Shown: one piece after another, positions 57,444-64,000 of the stretch
How positions within the stretch are numbered: position 1 is the stretch's first letter
Layout: each line of letters opens with the position of its first letter
Assembly: GCA_024685385.1 (NCBI GenBank)
Contig: JAIKVV010000018.1
Span: 12,422 to 76,421 of the forward strand
Direction of reading: 5' to 3'
DNA length: 64,000 nt
Source: Saccharofermentans sp.
Lineage (GTDB): Bacteria > Bacillota > Clostridia > Saccharofermentanales > Saccharofermentanaceae
Program-made: the position numbers and the translations under genes
Notes under the pieces: model-generated
Told to the model about the DNA's origin: nothing
Databases searched by the model: none
Seen by the model: the letters and a program-made list of their open reading frames with translations, nothing else

Positions 57444-58727
57444 TCAAGCCTTGATGTGTCCTATGTTGCCCAAAGTCCTGCCGATATCGGTCCTGTAGTG
57501 GGCATCAGTGAAGGAGATCTTCTTAACGCCTTCATATGCGCCGTCGATCGCTTCATCAAGCGTATCGCCTTCATCGTAAACACAAAGAACACGTCCGCCG
57601 GAAGTCACGATGTCACCGTCAGCATCAAGAGCCGTGCCGGCCTGGAATACGATCTTGCCGCATGTATCGATGCCGCTGATCTTATAGCCCTTCTGATAGG
57701 ACTTGGGATATCCGCCTGATGCCATAACGACAACGCAGGAACACTTATTCTTCCACTTGATATCTATGTCAGCGAGTTTTCCGTCGATGACGGCATCGAT
57801 GATATCCATGAAGTCCGTCTCGAGCAGAGGAAGGATCGCCTGAACCTCGGGATCGCCGAAACGGCAGTTGTACTCAACGACCTTTGCGCCCTCGGGAGTA
57901 AGCATCAATCCGAAATAGATAACGCCCTTGAAAGGTCTTCCTTCAGCCTTCAAAGCTTCGATAGTAGGCTGGATGATCTTGTTCTTTATGGATTCGATGT
58001 CATCCTCATCAAGGTCAGCGCCCGGAGTTACTGCGCCCATACCGCCCGTATTGAGACCTTCATCGTGATCATAAACTCTCTTATGGTCGCGGGAAGATAT
58101 CATGGGAACTGCTATGTTGCCGTCAGAGAATGCAAGGATAGTAAGCTCGGGACCGGTCATGCATTCTTCGATAACGATCGTATTGCCGGCGTCACCGAAA
58201 GCCTTATCGCCCATCATGGACTTGACTGCATCTTTTGCTTCTTCCAGGGTCTGTGCGATTATTACTCCCTTGCCGAGCGCAAGACCGTCACACTTGATAA
58301 CGATAGGCATGGGCTGGGTATCAAGATATTCCAGAGCCTTCTCTTCATCATCGAAAAGTTCATATCTGGCTGTAGGAATATTGTATTTACGCATCAGTTC
58401 CTTGGAGAAAGCCTTGGATGATTCGACTATGGCTGCCGCTGCAGAAGGTCCGAATGCACGGATACCTGCTTCTTCCAGTTTATCAACAAGACCCAAGGCC
58501 AGAGGATCTTCAGGTGCGACAAAGACAAGATCAAACGCTTCAGTTTTTGCATACTCGACCATCTTATCGACTTCGGTAGCCTTGATCGGCACACAAGTCG
58601 CAATAGATGCGATACCGCCATTACCCGGTGCGCAATACAGTTCATCAACCTTGGCTGATTGTGATAATTTCCAGCAGATAACGTGCTCTCTTCCGCCGCT
58701 TCCTACTACAAGTACTTTCATGGTCAA
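57444..58727 (-). CDS. purD: Phosphoribosylamine--glycine ligase
   Basis: 427 aa. MKVLVVGSGGREH N-terminus and an ATP-grasp core. Confidence 0.92.
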   Translation of the reverse strand: MTMKVLVVGSGGREHVICWKLSQSAKVDELYCAPGNGGIASIATCVPIKATEVDKMVEYAKTEAFDLVFVAPEDPLALGLVDKLEEAGIRAFGPSAAAAIVESSKAFSKELMRKYNIPTARYELFDDEEKALEYLDTQPMPIVIKCDGLALGKGVIIAQTLEEAKDAVKSMMGDKAFGDAGNTIVIEECMTGPELTILAFSDGNIAVPMISSRDHKRVYDHDEGLNTGGMGAVTPGADLDEDDIESIKNKIIQPTIEALKAEGRPFKGVIYFGLMLTPEGAKVVEYNCRFGDPEVQAILPLLETDFMDIIDAVIDGKLADIDIKWKNKCSCVVVMASGGYPKSYQKGYKISGIDTCGKIVFQAGTALDADGDIVTSGGRVLCVYDEGDTLDEAIDGAYEGVKKISFTDAHYRTDIGRTLGNIGHIKA

Positions 58728-58801
58728 AAGTCTCCTTAATTCAAGTCATAAAAACGAGATTATTTTACACCAACTTGAGATAAAACTGCAGATGAATTCG
58801 T

Positions 58802-58841
58802 AAACAAAATAAATAAAAGGGCTGTCCCGAAAGGACAGCCC
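58802..58841 (-). terminator. Rho-independent terminator after the aquaporin gene
   Basis: GGGCTGTCC (58819-58827) pairs with GGACAGCCC (58833-58841) across a 5-nt loop. In the minus sense it is followed by TTTTATTTATTTTGTTT. Confidence 0.8.
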
Positions 58842-58865
58842 GGATAGTCGTTTGATAAGGCCTGA

Positions 58866-59549
58866 TTACTTCTTCTTGAGAGCCTTGTAGCAAACTGCTG
58901 CGAGAGCGCCGCCTGCCAGAGGTCCGACGATGAAGACCCAGAGAACTGCGATCGCATCAATGCCTGCAAAGAGAGCAGGTCCGATGGAACGGGCAGGGTT
59001 AACGGATGTGCCTGTAAGTCCGATGCCGAGGATGTGTACCATTACCAGTGAGAAACCGATGATGATGCCGGCGAAAGAACCGTGCTTGAAATCAGCATCG
59101 GTAACGCCGAGGATCACGAGTACAAAGATGAAAGTAAGGATGATCTCAACGAGAAGGCCGGCAAGGAAATTGCCGTTTACGCCTGCAAGACCGTTGGATC
59201 CTACTCCGCCTGTCTTATCCTCAACTCCGCCCAATGCGAATATAGCCTTGAGGACGCCGGCACCTGCGATAGCGCCGATGATCTGGGCACATACATAGCC
59301 CCAGAAATCCTTCATGCTCATGCCACCTGTAAGGAGCACGCCCAAAGATACGGCAGGATTGATATGGCAGCCTGAGATATTCCCCACACAGTATGCCATG
59401 CCAACGATAACGAGACCGAAAGCAAATGCCGTAAGAATGTAACCGCAGCCTGCCTTGGCATCACAGCCGACGAGCATAGCGGTACCGCAACCTATAAGGA
59501 CCAGAGTGAATGTTCCGATACACTCGGCCAGCAGTTTCTTGAAGTCCAT
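58866..59549 (-). CDS. aqpZ: MIP-family channel (aquaporin Z-like)
   Basis: 227 aa, six transmembrane helices, two NPA boxes (HINPAVS and SVNPARS), and an N-terminus (AECIGTFTLVLIGCG) resembling AqpZ. Confidence 0.8.
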   Translation of the reverse strand: MDFKKLLAECIGTFTLVLIGCGTAMLVGCDAKAGCGYILTAFAFGLVIVGMAYCVGNISGCHINPAVSLGVLLTGGMSMKDFWGYVCAQIIGAIAGAGVLKAIFALGGVEDKTGGVGSNGLAGVNGNFLAGLLVEIILTFIFVLVILGVTDADFKHGSFAGIIIGFSLVMVHILGIGLTGTSVNPARSIGPALFAGIDAIAVLWVFIVGPLAGGALAAVCYKALKKK

Positions 59550-59682
59550 AAGAATACCCTCTTTTCGAAAAGATTTCTGTTGAAACTAACAGTTATCTCC
59601 ATATTACACCAAAGGTGCAATCCCGAAATTACACGTTAATGACAATAATGTTATCTCTTATTTGGGCAGATTACCTTTGTTT

Positions 59683-61470
59683 TCAGCCGGAGATATATCC
59701 GACGTTCTGAAGGACATGATTCTTGACGCACCATTTCCCGAACTTTTTAAAGACATCCATGCCGTAAAGGTCCTTGATCACATCCGCAAACTTTTTAACG
59801 GATGCCTTATCGTATTCCGAAGTGTTAACTGTCAGTTTGTCTGCCCTTATCCTGTCGTTGAACTTGCTGTAAAACCCGTCTCCGTATTTCTCATGCAGAT
59901 ATTTAAACAGATTGGATCCATATGCGTATTCTGCTCCCCGGTGGGCTGAAGAAAGATCATGGTAATCCTCTATAAAGATCTTTTCGGCGTTATCTGCATT
60001 AACGGCTTTCGGAACGGGATTGTCATCCCAGTTATGGTCCTCTTTAGAGGTCTTGATCGAGGGGTATCTGTCGGCAAGAGAAAAGATAACAGCCTCTTCG
60101 GTATAATCCGCTATTCCCTCGCTCAGTATGTCCGTAAGATTATTGTTTCTTAGAGTTATGATATGTGTTATCTCATGGGCAAGAGTCACATAATCAACGC
60201 ATTCGTCACGGAATTCGCTTCTTTCCTTAAAATACGGAACGGTATCCCAGATCTCATTTGAATAAAGGCTCCAAATGTAAAACGAAACGTAATCTGTGTA
60301 TGCACCTGATATATAGCCTTCGCCCTCTTTATCCACCAAGAGAAATATCGGCAGTTTCGTACCGATATCCCATCCTTTCCAGGGATGGGGCGCAATGCCG
60401 TTATCATCAGGCGCATCATATATACGGATCGTTCCGATCTTTTGGTATTCAGCCGGATCCTCGGGACTGGAAGAGATACGCAGCTGTGTTTCTATCTCAT
60501 CAACGATCGCATCAAGATTGGTCTTGAAATCGCCGGGAAGCTTGATGCCCTTTTCAAGGAACAGGACATATTTATCTGATTCAAGATAACAATAATCTTC
60601 CGCAACGTAGCTGTGATCAGCAACGCCGTCAAGCACGACTTCTTCGTAAGGCGTATGGTTCTTGTTGATGGTGCTGCTATGATCACCTTTCGCGGTCAAC
60701 ACGCTCGGAGCTTCGAGCCCCATCTTGCCGCAGATATATTCCTCGAATTCATTGACCTTCTCCGGTACCCTTTCAAAATACATGTAGATCACAGTCTTAC
60801 CCGACAGGTAGAATCCCATCTCATTCACCCGCTGAACATAAAGAACGTCATCATTGACTTCGTCGTGATAGGGCTCATGCTGATATACATAACTTAAGGC
60901 ATGATCTTCTTCTCTTACGAAATCCGAAGGATTGCTGAAGTTCCGCTTGCTGACCAGGGATGAATATATATTCTGAGCCCTCTCTTCACTGTCAAATGTG
61001 ACCAGAAGGATGTTGCTTACAGGAAGATCATAAGGAGAAGTTAAGAAAACCTCAGGGTCCTTGCAGCCGGGGTTGCGGTAGAAAACAGCCACAGCCTCGG
61101 TCACGTCATTCTTTGTCGTCTTCTCATGCATGAACCAGTCGTAGAAAAGTTCCTGCGCTTCACCGCCGCTCGCATAACAGCTGCATTTATTCTCAGAAAG
61201 ACCGCCGCCGTTTCTTTCTTTAAGATCAGAAAGATCTTTACAACTCTCAACGTCTCCATATTCGAGAGCATAGCGGTCAAGCGCTGTTGCCAGAGTATCG
61301 GTCATGGGTGCGCGGGAAGCTTCAGAAGAAGCAGCTGTTGAAGCCGAAGTATCAGAAGAGATTTCTGTCTCCCCGGAGCTGCCGCAAGCGGCAAGACCCA
61401 TCACAAAGGATAAGGCGGTCAGGATGCATAACGGCTTGATCAGCCGGCTGCGGTCAAACAGATCTGTCAT
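59683..61470 (-). CDS. Lipoprotein with an HExxH zinc-metallopeptidase motif
   Basis: 595 aa. Signal peptide and lipobox (MGLAAC). A single HEITH motif (TLAHEITHIITL). I recognise no other family signature. Confidence 0.6.
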   Translation of the reverse strand: MTDLFDRSRLIKPLCILTALSFVMGLAACGSSGETEISSDTSASTAASSEASRAPMTDTLATALDRYALEYGDVESCKDLSDLKERNGGGLSENKCSCYASGGEAQELFYDWFMHEKTTKNDVTEAVAVFYRNPGCKDPEVFLTSPYDLPVSNILLVTFDSEERAQNIYSSLVSKRNFSNPSDFVREEDHALSYVYQHEPYHDEVNDDVLYVQRVNEMGFYLSGKTVIYMYFERVPEKVNEFEEYICGKMGLEAPSVLTAKGDHSSTINKNHTPYEEVVLDGVADHSYVAEDYCYLESDKYVLFLEKGIKLPGDFKTNLDAIVDEIETQLRISSSPEDPAEYQKIGTIRIYDAPDDNGIAPHPWKGWDIGTKLPIFLLVDKEGEGYISGAYTDYVSFYIWSLYSNEIWDTVPYFKERSEFRDECVDYVTLAHEITHIITLRNNNLTDILSEGIADYTEEAVIFSLADRYPSIKTSKEDHNWDDNPVPKAVNADNAEKIFIEDYHDLSSAHRGAEYAYGSNLFKYLHEKYGDGFYSKFNDRIRADKLTVNTSEYDKASVKKFADVIKDLYGMDVFKKFGKWCVKNHVLQNVGYISG

Positions 61471-61504
61471 AACTTATCCCCCGTAAGATATTATCGCGCG
61501 GATA

Positions 61505-62677
61505 TCAGTAGCTGTACTCTTCCCCGTTATGTCTGATCATGACTTCATTGGAATCCGTGCCTGTACTCTCTGTACGGCCGATGATACGGGCTTCGATATT
61601 AAATGAGTTTGCGATAGCGATTATGCCTGATGCTGCTTCTTCGGAATCAACATAGAACTCGATCCTGTGGCCGCAGTTGAAGACCTGGAACATCTCCTTC
61701 ATGGGGATATCGCCGGAATCGTAGATGGCCTTGAAGATCGGGGGCAGCTCGAAAAGGTTATCCTTAATGTATCTGATGCCCTTGCCGAAGTCTTTGCACT
61801 TACCCTGTCCGCCGCCTGTGCAGTGGATGATGCCGTCAACATTCGCACGGTACTCATCAAGGACCTTGGCGATAACGGGAAGGAATGTCCTCGTAGGTGA
61901 CAGGATCGCTTCACCGACGGTCTGTTCGGACCCCGGAAGCTTATCGGTAAGACGGAACTTGCCGCAATATACCTTGTCTTCGGGAACAGTCTCGGAATAG
62001 GATTCCTTATAGTTTTCATAGTAGTACTTGGAGAGCAGAAGGTGCCTTGCAGCCGTAAGACCGTTGGAAGAGATTCCCGAATTGTAGGATGTCTCGTATG
62101 AAGCCTGACCGAAAGAAGCAAGACCTACGATGATGTCACCGGCCTTGATGTTTGCGGCATTGATGATATCCGATCTTTTTGCTCTTGCAACGATCGTTGA
62201 GTCAACGATGAGAGTCCTTACGAGGTCTCCCACATCAGCTGTCTCACCGCCGCACATAGTGATGTTGATGCCGAGGTCAGCAAGCTTTGCGACCATCTCG
62301 TCGTAACCTTCGATTATCTTGGCGATAGCCTTGCCGTCAACACGGTGCGCATTACGTCCGATGGTATTGGACAATGACATATTCTTGTAAGCGCCGACAC
62401 ATGCAAGGTCGTCGGTATTCATGACCAGCGAATCCTGGGCAAGGCCCTTGAACCAGTCGTAATTACCTGTCTCCTTAAACATGAGGTATGCTACGGAAGA
62501 TTTTGTTCCCGCACCGTCAGCATGGATAGCCGTGCAATATTCAGGATCACCTGCAACGTCTGCTATGAGTTTTGCAAAGGCTCCGGGAAAGACTCCCTTA
62601 TCCTGATTCTTTACTGCTGCTTTTACTTCATCCTTTGTAGGTGAAACACCTCTGGAAAGATACGATTCTGCTGACAT
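61505..62677 (-). CDS. purM: Phosphoribosylformylglycinamidine cyclo-ligase (AIR synthase), long Bacteroides/Clostridia-type PurM
   Basis: I moved the start to ATG 62677 (MSAESYLSRGVSPTKDEV), 7 nt after an AGGAGG RBS. AIR-synthase fold motifs are present (IHADGAGTKS, MCGGETAD). The track ORF's first 31 codons run into rnpB. Confidence 0.75.
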   Translation of the reverse strand: MSAESYLSRGVSPTKDEVKAAVKNQDKGVFPGAFAKLIADVAGDPEYCTAIHADGAGTKSSVAYLMFKETGNYDWFKGLAQDSLVMNTDDLACVGAYKNMSLSNTIGRNAHRVDGKAIAKIIEGYDEMVAKLADLGINITMCGGETADVGDLVRTLIVDSTIVARAKRSDIINAANIKAGDIIVGLASFGQASYETSYNSGISSNGLTAARHLLLSKYYYENYKESYSETVPEDKVYCGKFRLTDKLPGSEQTVGEAILSPTRTFLPVIAKVLDEYRANVDGIIHCTGGGQGKCKDFGKGIRYIKDNLFELPPIFKAIYDSGDIPMKEMFQVFNCGHRIEFYVDSEEAASGIIAIANSFNIEARIIGRTESTGTDSNEVMIRHNGEEYSY

Positions 62678-62698
62678 AAAGCCACCTCCTAAGATTAA

Positions 62699-63068
62699 AT
62701 TCCGGGCAGGACGATAAGCCGGGTTCTGTTTATGACGATCATCTGTCTGGTAACGGTGTTGCCACCGCACTCAAGCCGTCTCCTCAAGGCCCGCGGACCA
62801 CGGTTAAAGCCTTTCCACGACGTTGCTCCGGGTGGGGTTTACAAGGCCGGTATGTCTCCATACCGCCGGTGAGCTCTTACCTCGCCTTTTCATCCTTACC
62901 CTTATGTCCCGAAGGACACAAGGGCGGTTTTCTTTTCTGTTGCACTTTCCTTAAAGTTGCCTTCACCGGGCGTTACCCGGCACCCTGTCCTGTGGAGCCC
63001 GGACTTTCCTCGGGATACCGCCTTTCGGCATAAGGTACCCGCGATCGTCTCATGGCCTACCCGAAATC
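62699..63068 (-). ncRNA. rnpB: RNase P RNA, bacterial type A
   Basis: The minus strand contains GAGGAAAGTCCGGGCTCCACAGGACAGGGTGCCGGGTAACGCCCGGT, ...GGTAAGAGCTCACC..., ...GTAAACCCCACCCGGAGCAA... and ...ACAGAACCCGGCTTATCG. P1 pairing of TTTCGGGTAGG with CCTGCCCGGAA sets the ends to within about 5 nt. Confidence 0.9.
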
Positions 63069-63074
63069 AGTCTT

Positions 63075-63083
63075 ATTCTAACA
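63075..63083 (-). promoter_or_regulatory. Extended -10 element (TGTTAGAAT) for rnpB
   Basis: The minus strand reads TGTTAGAAT at 63083-63075, about 7 nt before the inferred rnpB 5' end. Confidence 0.4.
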
Positions 63084-63128
63084 TACTATTCATGTCGGGA
63101 CTTTATAAATTATGCCCAAAAACAGTCG

Positions 63129-64000
63129 TCAATAAATACCTGCAAGTCCTGCATCTTTATCAGCAGTATTGAGGTTATAAAGGATCAGGCAGTCAGTGAC
63201 GCCTTCCTGCTCTATCACTGAGGATGCGCCATACATGTAATATCTGGTATCAAGAACGATTATCTTCTCGTAGTTTTCCGTAAGGAAAGGAACAAAACAA
63301 TTTGCATAGCTGTCCTTGATCACGAGCAGGGTCTTCCCTTTTGCATCAGGAAGAGGGTCGTTTTGCGTGATCGTTATCCTGTCGTTTATATTATCGAGGA
63401 AATATGAATACTTATCCCTCTGACTTAAATATTCCGCGTTATATAAGCTCGACTCCGTGTGCCCCTGATATTCGACAGTAACGGAAACAGGCTCTTTCGC
63501 CGCGTAGATCTTATCGGGCACGGCAAAAGGATCCGAAACTTTTGCATCGACCGTTCCAAGGAATGAATCGGATACTTCTTCGATCTTATAGTCCTTTATG
63601 TCAGGGACTTTGAATCCTTCTTCCCTGCAAAGTTCGCTGTATGCCGCAAAGGCACCGTATGTAGTCCAATGGTGATCCGTCCTGTAGAATACCTGCCACT
63701 TTGTTGCCGCTTCATCCAATGCGGAAAGACAATCGATAAAATCAATGTCAGGATCAAGACTGTTCCTGATATTATTGTAATCTTCCCTTTGGCTTCCGCC
63801 ATATGCGCCGTAAGGGAGTTTGTCGGACAAGACCGAAACTGCTGTCGGCGGAGTCATCATCATGAAGCGGACAGACGGATTCTTGCCTTTAAGTTCATTT
63901 ACGGCATTTACCAGTTTGCTGTAATTCTTATCCTTTGCTGGTTCTTCAATATAATACCCGTCACCGCAAAGATATACGCCGTTGACCTTGTTCTTTCCCA
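63129..64000 (-). CDS. DHHW-family protein (AlgX/DltD-like SGNH-fold), N-terminus beyond the window
   Basis: YRTDHHWT motif. The reading frame stays open upstream of the track's ATG 63863 to the window edge (...NGVYLCGDGYYIEEPAKDKNY...). Confidence 0.75.
   Translation of the reverse strand, partial: GKNKVNGVYLCGDGYYIEEPAKDKNYSKLVNAVNELKGKNPSVRFMMMTPPTAVSVLSDKLPYGAYGGSQREDYNNIRNSLDPDIDFIDCLSALDEAATKWQVFYRTDHHWTTYGAFAAYSELCREEGFKVPDIKDYKIEEVSDSFLGTVDAKVSDPFAVPDKIYAAKEPVSVTVEYQGHTESSLYNAEYLSQRDKYSYFLDNINDRITITQNDPLPDAKGKTLLVIKDSYANCFVPFLTENYEKIIVLDTRYYMYGASSVIEQEGVTDCLILYNLNTADKDAGLAGIY

Noticed and set aside
58728-58801. Purine riboswitch or PurBox upstream of purD (TTTACGAATTCA resembles AWWWCCGAACWWT)
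   Set aside because: The region is too short and lacks the riboswitch core. The PurBox-like match has at least two mismatches and no second box, so it is not supportable by eye.
62678-62770. First 31 codons of the 421-aa purM track ORF (MRWQHRYQTDDRHKQ...)
   Set aside because: This stretch is the 3' part of the RNase P RNA. The true start at 62677 has a strong AGGAGG RBS and gives the conserved PurM N-terminus.
62957-63172. 71-aa plus-strand ORF
   Set aside because: It overlaps rnpB and its promoter on the opposite strand and has no coding features.

Overview
This is a 64-kb chromosomal segment with the gene content and synteny of an anaerobic Firmicute (Clostridia-type). Markers include a PurO-type IMP cyclohydrolase, TrpB2, a DHHW protein, comM-dprA-topA-trmFO and nadD/yqeK-rsfS-comEA. 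I count about 52 protein genes (most on the minus strand), one tRNA-Thr(CGU) and a type-A RNase P RNA. I recognise no transposase, integrase or phage genes and no CRISPR array. Every family call comes from reading motifs by eye in the supplied translations or in my own translations; no database search was run. Most of the window is housekeeping: purine genes in three places (purE-purF-purN-purO-purH, purD, purM), queA-tgt, polA-coaE, birA, ychF, plsC and cell-wall and lipoprotein genes. The stand-out is a 12.6-kb, 12-gene, translationally coupled minus-strand operon (1315-13897; promoter and structured leader at 13898-14040). Its order is NifH-like ATPase, NifD/E-like, NifK/N-like, HypF, HypC, HypD, HypE, a TM1266-type small regulator, a second NifD/E-like, a second NifK/N-like, HydF, HydE. 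The window contains no hydrogenase or nitrogenase catalytic subunit and no HypA/HypB, HydG or NifB. I read the operon as a candidate undescribed pathway that builds or uses a CO/CN-ligated iron cofactor on a nitrogenase-like scaffold. Secondary observations: (1) four 37-bp inverted-repeat units with fixed 11-15-11 geometry between convergent genes (29300-29510); (2) a 14-mer shared by A-phased TCTCA repeats upstream of comEA and comM-dprA; (3) a PurF whose N-terminal catalytic Cys is encoded as Ser; (4) a 1487-aa double-activase/dehydratase-like fusion (PlsA/PlsR-type architecture) translationally coupled to polA; (5) rnpB ending about 9 nt before the purM Shine-Dalgarno; (6) GNAT-Ogt and NadD-YqeK fusions; (7) an active PP2C paired with a pseudo-PP2C.
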